NCBI GenBank assembly: GCA_963608365.1
Contig: CAVDFM010000003.1
Coordinates: forward strand, 1 to 35,330
Source of the DNA: a bacterium
GTDB lineage: Bacteria; Bacillota; Clostridia; Christensenellales; CAG-138
Length of the DNA: 35,330 nt
Direction of reading: 5' to 3'
Shown: positions 1-6,777 of the stretch, in pieces
Layout: every line of letters starts with the position of its first letter
Position numbering within the stretch: the stretch's first letter is position 1
Position numbers and translations under genes: made by a program
Notes under the pieces: model-generated
What the model saw: only the letters and a program-made list of their open reading frames with translations
What the model was told of the DNA's origin: nothing
The model's database searches: none

Positions 1-374
1 ATGCCATATTTTCTGGAAAAGTTATCACTATATGTAATGCTTTTAATGAGTTTGTCAAACAGTCTATTTTCATATTTGGGATTATGAATCTCTGCTTTCA
101 AGGCCTCGCACTCATTTACTTTATCTCTTATTAGAGGAATAACCCTTAACGCTTCAATTGGATTGTCGTCAACTTCAATATCTTCTTGCAGCTTTTTTAA
201 GCAGAATAACAGATTTGAATAATATGACTCGAATTCCCGTTCTTCCTTTTCGGCCCTTTCTCGTGCTTCTGCCGCTTCTTTTTCTCTTTCCTTTTGGGCG
301 CACTCACCGCACCGTCCTAACGCATCAACTTTTAAGAAAAGTCCATGCTTGCCGCAAATCATACACTTTCCCAT
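1..374 (-). CDS. Hypothetical protein, truncated by the left window edge. It has an N-terminal CxxC...CxxC zinc-ribbon-like motif followed by a charged helical segment.
   Basis: Absent from the supplied track because it runs off the edge. A reverse-strand ATG at 374-372 (GGAG about 10 nt upstream) opens a frame that I translated by hand through all 124 codons without a stop: MGKCMICGKHGLFLKVDALGRCGECAQKEREKEAAEARERAEKEEREFESYYSNLLF... The region is clearly more AT-rich than the rest of the window. Confidence 0.45.
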   Translation of the reverse strand, partial: MGKCMICGKHGLFLKVDALGRCGECAQKEREKEAAEARERAEKEEREFESYYSNLLFCLKKLQEDIEVDDNPIEALRVIPLIRDKVNECEALKAEIHNPKYENRLFDKLIKSITYSDNFSRKYG

Positions 375-606
375 TAGTTTACTCCATTCCACACTGATAA
401 ATATAGCCAGATTCGCAATTTCGAACCTTCAGTTTTACTTGAATAAAGTATATCAAAAAAGCATAAAACAATCTACTATTCATAGCACAAACGCTCAGCA
501 CTTTTAGCCGAGCGTTTATGACATCGATTATACTATTCTATACAATTTTTATCGCCAATTTATTAGCATTCTATCAGGCAGGATCTCACTGCTGGCCTAA
601 GCCCGC

Positions 607-1476
607 TTATATCGTTCCCGTTACAACTACGGTGGTCACGCCGGGGGTTACGCTGACAACGCCTGTGGTGGTGTTTTGCGTAAACGTAGCGGCGGGCACG
701 GTGAGCGTTGTTGTGGCACCGGTGGCGGGCAGGGTCAGCACGCCCGCAGTGTATGTATAGTCGCTCGAGGGCACGGTGGTGCCGTTTATGCTGACGGTAA
801 GGTTGCTGGGCGCGGGGTTGAACGCATCCCTGAGCACAACGTCCGTTGCGGCGGTGTTGCCGTAATTATACAAGGTGAAGGTGTAGGTTATGGTGCTGCC
901 GTCGGTGAGCGTGGAAGGCGACATGTCCTTCACTATGCTTACGTCCGCATAATCGGCCACGGTTATGGTGTGCGAAGCGGTGGAAGCATCGGCAATGCCG
1001 GTGGCGGTGGCGGTAACGGTGTTGGTTATGCCCGCTTCGGCGGTTATGGGCGCAGCGGTGTTTGCCGCGGCCTTATAAAGTATGGTGGCGGTGGCTCCCG
1101 CGGCAAGCGAGGGTATTGTGAAGGTCATGCTTGTGTCGGAGACGGTGGGCGTTATGCTGCCGGAAAGCACGCCGTTTATATAAAGCTGAGCGGGGCCGGC
1201 ATACGTAAGCGGATACACGGCAGCGGTGCCGCCGGTGGGCGTATATGCGCCAAGATTGTCGCTCAGCACAACATTGGTAAGAGCATTGGCGCTGGAGTTG
1301 GTGGCGGTGAGTATGTAGGTCAGCTCGCCGTTGCGGCGGTAGTTGGCGTCCAGTGTTGTCTTTGCTACGCTGAGCGCTTCCTGCAGCAGGGCGGTGGCTA
1401 TGTTTGAAGCCGCCTGTCCCGTTGTGCCGGCATACTGATAGGTCAGCGTGGCCTGGTTGGTTATTCGGGTTGCCAT
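607..1476 (-). CDS. DUF11 / conserved-repeat-domain protein (two repeats), Thr/Ala/Gly-rich, with no visible signal peptide.
   Basis: 289-aa ORF. Two stretches fit the DUF11 (TIGR01451-type) pattern: ...GELTYILTATNSSANALTNVVLSDNL... and ...GSTITYTFTLYNYGNTAATDVVLRDAF... The N-terminus MATRITNQATLTYQY has no hydrophobic leader. Confidence 0.65.
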   Translation of the reverse strand: MATRITNQATLTYQYAGTTGQAASNIATALLQEALSVAKTTLDANYRRNGELTYILTATNSSANALTNVVLSDNLGAYTPTGGTAAVYPLTYAGPAQLYINGVLSGSITPTVSDTSMTFTIPSLAAGATATILYKAAANTAAPITAEAGITNTVTATATGIADASTASHTITVADYADVSIVKDMSPSTLTDGSTITYTFTLYNYGNTAATDVVLRDAFNPAPSNLTVSINGTTVPSSDYTYTAGVLTLPATGATTTLTVPAATFTQNTTTGVVSVTPGVTTVVVTGTI

Positions 1477-1653
1477 AATTTATGTTCCTCTTTTCATTGT
1501 TGCTTTTTATGGGGGCAAAGGCTCCCTTGTTCACAATATGCCGCTGTCCCGTTTTTTGATAGAATATTCTGAATGACAGGTCTAAAATACCTCTTTTATC
1601 GATTTTTTTAGATGAAAAGTACATTCAAATTCACAAGAACTATGCAATGCCTC

Positions 1654-1682
1654 TTGCAATTTTTATCGATTTTTGCAATAAT
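1654..1682 (+). promoter_or_regulatory. Candidate sigma-A promoter for selD (TTGCAA-17-AATAAT, with TG one base upstream of the -10).
   Basis: TTGCAA at 1654-1659, a 17-nt spacer, and TGcAATAAT at 1674-1682, about 65 nt upstream of the selD ATG. Confidence 0.3.
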
Positions 1683-1746
1683 AATTTCGGACACATATCG
1701 CGTGTATAATTAGCGCGCCATAAAGCGCAAAAAGGAGAGATGAGAT

Positions 1747-2790
1747 ATGGCAGGCGAAGATATAAAACTGACTAAATTGGCAAAATGCGCGGGCTGCGGC
1801 GCAAAGGTAGGCGCGGGCGTGCTGGCGAAGCTGCTGGACGGCATAAAGGTGCATCACGACCCGAACCTTCTCGTGGGTTTCGATAAGAGCGACGACGCAT
1901 CCGTTTATAAAATAAGCGACGACCTTGCAATAGTGCAGACGGTGGACTTCTTCCCGCCGATAGCGGACGATCCGTACCTTTTCGGCCAGATAGCCGCCAC
2001 CAACGCCCTTTCGGACATTTATGCAATGGGCGGCGAGCCTAAGCTTTGCCTGAACATAATGGCCATACCCGAAAAGATGCCCATGGACGCGGTGCATGCG
2101 CTGCTCAAGGGCGGATACGACAAGGTGTATGAAGCGGGCGCGCTGATAACCGGCGGCCACAGCATACATGACGACGAGCCTAAATACGGCCTTGCGGTGA
2201 CGGGCTTTGTGCATCCGGACAAGATGCTTACTAATTCAGACGCCAAGCCGGGCGACGTGCTGCTGCTGACAAAGCCGATAGGCATAGGCGTGCTTTCCAC
2301 CGCGAACAAGGCGGACATGCTTTCAAAGGCCGGCCAGGACCTTCTATATTCCCTTATGACAACGCTAAACAAGGCCGCGCGCGACGCAATGGTGAAATAC
2401 GACGTGCATGCCTGCACGGACGTTACCGGCTTCGGCCTTATTGGGCACACATACGAGATGGCATCCGGCAGTGATACAGAAATTACGCTGAATGTGAACG
2501 ATATAGACCTTATCCCCGAAGCGCTTGAGCTTGCGCGCATGGGCATACTGCCCGCGGGCATGTACCGCAACCGCACCTATGCCGAGCATGCCGTTGACCC
2601 CGGCGATACTGAACTTGCCAAGCAGGATATGCTTTACGACCCGCAGACCTCCGGCGGCTTGCTGATAGCCGTTGCCGAAAAGGATGCGGACGCGCTGCTG
2701 AACGACCTTCGCGGCGCGGTGCCCAGCGCCCAGCGCGTAGGCTATGTGAGCGAGTATCAGGGTGGGGCGAGGATAAAGTTGGCGCACTAA
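1747..2790 (+). CDS. selD: Selenide, water dikinase (selenophosphate synthetase), Cys-type.
   Basis: 347 aa. The N-terminal LTKLAKCAGCGAKV aligns with the E. coli SelD loop GAGCGCK (catalytic Cys/Lys). PurM/AIR-synthase-like motifs are present (DDASVY, TGGHSI). The RBS is aaaggagagatgagatATG. Confidence 0.92.
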   Translation: MAGEDIKLTKLAKCAGCGAKVGAGVLAKLLDGIKVHHDPNLLVGFDKSDDASVYKISDDLAIVQTVDFFPPIADDPYLFGQIAATNALSDIYAMGGEPKLCLNIMAIPEKMPMDAVHALLKGGYDKVYEAGALITGGHSIHDDEPKYGLAVTGFVHPDKMLTNSDAKPGDVLLLTKPIGIGVLSTANKADMLSKAGQDLLYSLMTTLNKAARDAMVKYDVHACTDVTGFGLIGHTYEMASGSDTEITLNVNDIDLIPEALELARMGILPAGMYRNRTYAEHAVDPGDTELAKQDMLYDPQTSGGLLIAVAEKDADALLNDLRGAVPSAQRVGYVSEYQGGARIKLAH

Positions 2791-2798
2791 CGTGCGCA

Positions 2799-2890
2799 GT
2801 GAAATCCGCCTGAAGGCGGGTGAAATATTGCTTACGCAATGTGAAATATGGCTCCGCCATGTGAAATCCTGCCTTGCGGCAGGGTGAGCG
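2799..2890 (+). repeat. Tandem array of four GTGAAAT+hairpin units closed by GTGAGCG (copy 1).
   Basis: GTGAAAT at 2799, 2820, 2841 and 2861, and GTGAGCG at 2884 (spacing 21, 21, 20, 23). Each heptamer is followed directly by a 4-6 bp hairpin: ccgcc-tgaa-ggcgg, attgc-ttac-gcaat, atggc-tcc-gccat, cctgcc-ttgc-ggcagg. Confidence 0.85.
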
Positions 2891-3352
2891 TGAGAGTTTG
2901 TGGACTGCACCAAAAGGCTCCCCGGACGGGGAGCTGGCAATACGCCGTAAGGCGGATTGACTGAGGGGTTGTGATAAGCAAAGAGCTGCGAGCTAATTTA
3001 TAACCCCTCCGGCTTTCGCTTACGCGAAACCCACCTCCCCTTTCAGGGCAGGCTAACTCCTTCCGTCAATTCGCTATCGCTCATTGCCACCTCCCTCAAA
3101 GAGGGAGGCTTAACGCAGGAGTTTATGAGGTACGCCAAAAGGCGCCACCGCGTGCGGGGGAGCTGCTGAGCGTAAGCGAAGCTGAGGGGGAACATCTCAC
3201 GGCACTTGGCATCTTTGAGCCGTTCCCCTTTCGACTGCTCATTTCATTCGCAGCCACTTTCCCCGTAAACGGGGACAGCTTTTGGTTAGTACTATAACAA
3301 GCCTCCCTGTCGAGGGAGGTGGATGCGAGTGCAACGAGCAGCCGGAGGGAGT
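2891..3352. repeat. Mosaic hairpin-repeat cluster R1 (BIME/REP-like organisation).
   Basis: Contains core A copies at 2910-2971 and 3135-3191 and core B copies at 3002-3056, ~3063-3113 and 3298-3351 (inverted). Near-identical modules recur at 9.7-10.2, 14.1-14.6 and 30.9 kb. Confidence 0.85.
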
Positions 3353-3353
3353 T

Positions 3354-3383
3354 AAAAAAGACAACCCCTCGGCTGTCTTTTTT
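3354..3383. terminator. Bidirectional intrinsic terminator (serves jag on the minus strand and selD/R1 read-through on the plus strand).
   Basis: aaaaaagaca (3354-3363) pairs with tgtctttttt (3374-3383) around a 10-nt loop. There are A/T tracts on both sides, and it lies 14 nt beyond the jag stop. Confidence 0.7.
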
Positions 3384-3396
3384 CTTTCTTTATTCT

Positions 3397-4392
3397 TTAC
3401 TCTTCCCTGCCCTTGGGCGCTATCACCACGCGGCGGTTGGGTTCTTCGCCCTCGCTGTATGTGGTGACGTAGGGGTTATTTTGCAGCGTTGCATGCAGCA
3501 CGCGGCGCTCGTAGGGGTTCATCGGCTCCAGCGTCCTTGCGCGGCCGGTGCTCCTCACCTGGGACGCTACCTTGCGGGCAAGGCGGGCAAGCGTTTCTTC
3601 GCGCCTGTCGCGGTAGCCTTCGGTGTCCACGGTTATGCGGGTGAAGCCATGCTCCTTGCGGCTGCGGTTAACGTGCAGGCTGGTCAGGTACTGTATCGCG
3701 TCCAGCGTTTCGCCCCTGTGGCCTATCAGCACGCCCATGCCGGAGGAATCTATCCTCAGCCTTACGCCGTCTTCCTCGCTTACGTTGGCAAGCACCTGCG
3801 CGTCTATGTTCATAAGGCGGAGCATTTCCCTGAGGAACTGCGCGGCTTCGTTGTTCTCCGCGGCCTCAAGCGTGTATTCGATCTTGGGCTTTGCGTTCTG
3901 CTCTTCGCGTTCGCGGCGGTTGCTGCGCTCGCGGCGGTTATTACGCTCCCTGCGCGGCGGCCTTACTTCGCTCACTTCTTCAACTATCTCTTCGCGCACT
4001 TCGCCGTTTTCGCTTATTTCTTCGGCTACGGTAACGGTTTCTTCCTTCACCTCTGCCGCTTCCTCGCTGCGCTGGGGCTTATCCTCGCGGCGGGGGCGTT
4101 CGTCGCGGCGGTTACCGCGGTCGCGCCTAGGCCTGTCGTCGCGGCGTGGCCTGTCCTCACGGCGGCGGTTGGCGCGCCGTTCGGCTTCGTTCATATAGTC
4201 GGGTATGACTATCTTTTCAGGCTCGCGCTCGGTCAGCTTTACTATGGCGGGCTTCGCGCCTATGCCAAGTATGCCCTTGGTTTCGTGCTGAACTATGTCT
4301 ATCTCAACTTCGTCTATCGAAACTTCCAGCTCTTTAAGGCCGTTGAAAATTGCTTCGTCTATTGTTTTGCCTGATGCTTCGATTGTCCTCAT
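3397..4392 (-). CDS. khpB: RNA-binding protein KhpB/Jag/EloR (Jag_N, KH and R3H domains) with a long Arg/Asp/Glu-rich linker.
   Basis: 331 aa. N-terminal Jag_N-like sequence MRTIEASGKTIDEAI..; C-terminal KH/R3H-like sequence (..GHRGETLDAIQYL.., ..PMNPYERRVLH..). The start overlaps the yidC stop (ATGA), giving the classical yidC-jag pairing. Confidence 0.88.
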   Translation of the reverse strand: MRTIEASGKTIDEAIFNGLKELEVSIDEVEIDIVQHETKGILGIGAKPAIVKLTEREPEKIVIPDYMNEAERRANRRREDRPRRDDRPRRDRGNRRDERPRREDKPQRSEEAAEVKEETVTVAEEISENGEVREEIVEEVSEVRPPRRERNNRRERSNRREREEQNAKPKIEYTLEAAENNEAAQFLREMLRLMNIDAQVLANVSEEDGVRLRIDSSGMGVLIGHRGETLDAIQYLTSLHVNRSRKEHGFTRITVDTEGYRDRREETLARLARKVASQVRSTGRARTLEPMNPYERRVLHATLQNNPYVTTYSEGEEPNRRVVIAPKGREE

Positions 4393-5366
4393 TTATTAGC
4401 ATCCTCCTTTACCGGGGCCGTCCTCGGGAATTTCTTGTTCAGTATAAGGTTGACTATTATCATTATGATGCTGGTCAACGTCCAGTAAATTGCAAACGCC
4501 GCGTTGTAGTTAAGGCAGAATATAAAGCTCATTATGGGGAACAGATAGTTCATCCACTTGGTGGACTTGGCTGCTTCCTCATTGGCGGCGGGGGTATTCT
4601 TGGTCATGAGCCAGGCGGAAAGGAAGTTGGTGCCGCCGGCAAGTATGCTCATTATGAACCAGCCGTTGTTGTATCCCTTGTAAACGTCAAGGAAGGGCTG
4701 AATGGCCGCATCGTAAATGGCTATGGCCGCATCGTTTGAAAGGAGCTGATAGCTCACGCCGCCCTGATAAACCTTGGTAACGGCAAGGCCCATTTCAACC
4801 AGCTTTTCGCCAACGCCGGGCTCCTGCAGATACAGCAGGTTTGAAAGATTGGGCGTTGCAAGGAAGCTTGCGCCGTTGGCAAGCACGGGCGCAAGGCCGT
4901 TATCGGGCTGCCAAATATTGTTTATCCACAGGAACTTGAAGGATTTGAACAGCTCCATGGCGTTTTCATCCACAAGCAGCCTAAGGTTCATTTCATATCC
5001 CCAGTAACGGAAAGCCGCTATGAAGCAGAAGAAAAGCGGCATGGTTATGAGCATCGGCAAACAGCTGCCCCACATGCTCACGCCCTTTTCCTTCATAAGC
5101 TTTGTCTGCTCCGCCTGGAACTTTCTTGGATCGTTGGCATACTTTTTCTGCAGCCGCTGAATTTCGGGCTGCACCTCCGCCATCTTTGCGGAGGACTTGC
5201 GCGTCTTTATATCGGAAAATATGGTCAGCGCGCGCAGAAGTATGGTGCTTATCAATATGGTAAGGAATACGTTGCCGAAGCCGCTTGCGGATATGGCGCA
5301 GGTAAGGCTGTATATCCAGCGCATTGCTTCAAGGAACCAGTTTGTCAAAAAGAAATCACCGGTCAA
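4389..5366 (-). CDS. yidC: Membrane protein insertase YidC/SpoIIIJ (Oxa1 family).
   Basis: 325-aa polytopic ORF in the conserved rnpA-yidD-yidC-jag order, with the typical ..QPEIQRLQKKY..K..EQ..LMKEKGV.. segment. The start is a TTG with a GAGAGG-like RBS, so the exact start is uncertain. Confidence 0.88.
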   Translation of the reverse strand: MTGDFFLTNWFLEAMRWIYSLTCAISASGFGNVFLTILISTILLRALTIFSDIKTRKSSAKMAEVQPEIQRLQKKYANDPRKFQAEQTKLMKEKGVSMWGSCLPMLITMPLFFCFIAAFRYWGYEMNLRLLVDENAMELFKSFKFLWINNIWQPDNGLAPVLANGASFLATPNLSNLLYLQEPGVGEKLVEMGLAVTKVYQGGVSYQLLSNDAAIAIYDAAIQPFLDVYKGYNNGWFIMSILAGGTNFLSAWLMTKNTPAANEEAAKSTKWMNYLFPIMSFIFCLNYNAAFAIYWTLTSIIMIIVNLILNKKFPRTAPVKEDANK

Positions 5367-5436
5367 AGTTTATGTCCTCTCTTTCCCTCCGCGCAATAAA
5401 ACAACCCTTGCGCGGCATACGAATGATGAATATTTC

Positions 5437-5757
5437 TTATTCGTGTTCTTCGTGTTCTTTGTATTCTTTTTCTTTTTCGCTTTGTATTCTATCGGCCCCG
5501 TCTTTCTCCATGCCGGATGCATGGCGCCTTGGGCCAAAGCGGAACTCCTCCGGAACGGGATCGTACCCGCCCCGCGAAAACGGGTTGCAGCGCAGTATGC
5601 GCCACAGCGCAAGCAGGCCGCCCTTCAGCGCGCCGAAACGGCTTATGGCTTGCTTTGCATAAGCCGAGCACGAGGGGATATAGCGGCAGCAGGGAGGATG
5701 CAGCGGCGATATCCACCGCTGGTATCCTTCTATAAGCGTTAAAAACAAACGCTTCAC
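5437..5757 (-). CDS. yidD: Membrane protein insertion efficiency factor YidD.
   Basis: The YidD signature is present: [32 protein letters not shown]...[15 protein letters not shown]. The GTG start overlaps the rnpA stop (GTGA). There is an acidic/Lys-rich C-terminal tail. Confidence 0.9.
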   Translation of the reverse strand: MKRLFLTLIEGYQRWISPLHPPCCRYIPSCSAYAKQAISRFGALKGGLLALWRILRCNPFSRGGYDPVPEEFRFGPRRHASGMEKDGADRIQSEKEKEYKEHEEHE

Positions 5758-6110
5758 GCTTTATTTTCTTCTTTCTTCAACAAATCGCCCCGGCGCAGAA
5801 GGCTGCGCGCCGCGGCGCATATATCGGAAAAGTCCGCACTGAGTATGGGCGCGCGCGCTATAACAATAATATTATAGCCCGCCTTTATTTCGCCGAGGAC
5901 CGTATCGAATGCGCTCCTCAGCCGCCTTTTTACCCGGTTGCGGCATACGCTGTTGCCCAGTTTTTTGCTTACGGAAAAGCCAATGTGTTTAAGCGCGGGC
6001 GTTCTGTTCTTTGTGAATATAACGACCATCAGCTCGTTCGCCTTGGAATTTCCTCTGCGGTATACATAGCGGAATTCCTTATTCCGCTTCAATGAATAAC
6101 AGCGTTTCAC
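5754..6110 (-). CDS. rnpA: Ribonuclease P protein component.
   Basis: 118 aa, basic, with ..[14 protein letters not shown].. and ..[19 protein letters not shown].. (RNR motif). It sits downstream of rpmH. Confidence 0.92.
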   Translation of the reverse strand: MKRCYSLKRNKEFRYVYRRGNSKANELMVVIFTKNRTPALKHIGFSVSKKLGNSVCRNRVKRRLRSAFDTVLGEIKAGYNIIVIARAPILSADFSDICAAARSLLRRGDLLKKEENKA

Positions 6111-6234
6111 CTAATTGATATTTTTCCCCTTTGTGGGGCCGTGGACATAAAAGAAAAAGCTTCTTTATGCCGCGCGGCCCGTCTGCGCGCATATCGCAAT
6201 GCGCGCTTTTGTTTTGATTCTGTTTGCCTTTTTA

Positions 6235-6369
6235 TCAGGCGGAGAGGACCTTGCGGCCCTTGTTGCGGCGGCGGGCAAGCACGTTGCGGCCGTTGCGGGT
6301 CTTCATGCGCTGACGGAAACCGTGAACCTTTTTGCGCTGCCTTTTCTTCGGCTGGAATGTACCAAGCAT
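6235..6369 (-). CDS. rpmH: 50S ribosomal protein L34.
   Basis: Too short for the ORF track. The hand translation of the reverse strand gives [44 protein letters not shown] plus a stop (44 aa), the canonical L34 sequence. Confidence 0.95.
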   Translation of the reverse strand: MLGTFQPKKRQRKKVHGFRQRMKTRNGRNVLARRRNKGRKVLSA

Positions 6370-6398
6370 TTCTTTTGCACCTCTTTCCCTAATGTGTT

Positions 6399-6427
6399 AT
6401 ATCATGCTGCATCTGCCCCGTTGCCAA
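6399..6427 (-). promoter_or_regulatory. Candidate promoter for rpmH-rnpA-yidD-yidC-jag (TTGGCA-17-TGATAT).
   Basis: On the reverse strand, TTGGCA (6427-6422), a 17-nt spacer, then TGATAT (6404-6399), about 30 nt upstream of the rpmH ATG. Confidence 0.35.
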
Positions 6428-6669
6428 AGCCGATTGGAAGTACGCCTTCTTTTAGATAAGCAATACCGGGCTGTTGCCGCCCGGCGCGGCCGGCTTTGCC
6501 CAAATGGGCATAGTGCAGCAGTTAAGCAGTATAATCCATCGGTATACGATTATATAAGAAAAGCAAGCCCTCTGTCAAGAAAATATGCTTAGTTTTACTT
6601 TATTTTTGGCAGCCTACAATATATTGTTGTGCATACGCCCGCAATTGTACAAGCCCAAAGCATTTTCCC

Positions 6670-6698
6670 TTGCAAGCCGGGCGGCGTTTTGCTATTAT
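6670..6698 (+). promoter_or_regulatory. Candidate dnaA promoter (TTGCAA-17-TATTAT, extended TG).
   Basis: TTGCAA at 6670-6675, a 17-nt spacer, then tgcTATTAT with the -10 at 6693-6698, 80 nt upstream of the dnaA ATG. Confidence 0.4.
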
Positions 6699-6777
6699 AA
6701 AGAAGGTATTTATTTTGGTACTTATTTTTTGCGACCCCTTAAAAAGGGGTTTTATACCGTGGGAGGTATTTACAGTA

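Noticed and set aside
676-1407. 243-aa plus-strand ORF (Gly/Arg-rich) and 183-aa minus-strand ORF (1073-1624) overlapping the DUF11 gene.
   Set aside because: Both are shadow frames of the GC-rich, repeat-encoding DUF11 CDS. They have low-complexity Gly/Arg composition, no RBS and no recognisable motifs.
1747-1800. Possible selenocysteine (TGA) in the SelD active-site loop.
   Set aside because: The loop is read through ordinary Cys codons (KCAGCGAK) with no in-frame TGA, so this is a Cys-type SelD.
2799-2805. GTGAAAT as half of a parS site (TGTTNCACGTGAAACA), given the proximity to oriC.
   Set aside because: Only a 6-7-nt half-site resemblance exists. No palindromic 16-mer occurs anywhere in the window, and the repeats are direct rather than inverted.
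2799-2890. The GTGAAAT arrays (also 9516-9607) as a CRISPR array.
   Set aside because: The invariant part is only 7 nt and the period is ~21 nt, with self-complementary spacers that are shared between the two loci. There are no 28-37-nt repeats, no unique spacers, no leader and no cas genes.
2365-2940. Recurrent peptide strings in ORFs that cross the repeat clusters, such as PAPRPGSLL and TPQSIRLTAYCQLP, in ORFs 2365-2940, 9688-9957, 13892-14290, 14007-14201 and 30795-31187.
   Set aside because: The similarity comes from translating the same DNA repeat (core A) in a fixed frame. The ORFs lack starts with an RBS, differ in length and frame context, and run into neighbouring genes. They are not a protein family.
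2961-2970. CTGAGGGG in core A as a hammerhead ribozyme core (CUGANGA).
   Set aside because: The essential A9 position is G (CUGAGGG). No GAAA/UH partner elements occur in the right topology. I saw no resemblance to twister or HDV-like cores either.
3319-4374. 351-aa plus-strand ORF antisense to khpB/jag.
   Set aside because: It is an antisense shadow. Its 5' end lies in the repeat cluster and it has Ala/Val/Leu-rich nonsense composition. The opposite strand carries a clear Jag_N/KH/R3H protein in conserved synteny.
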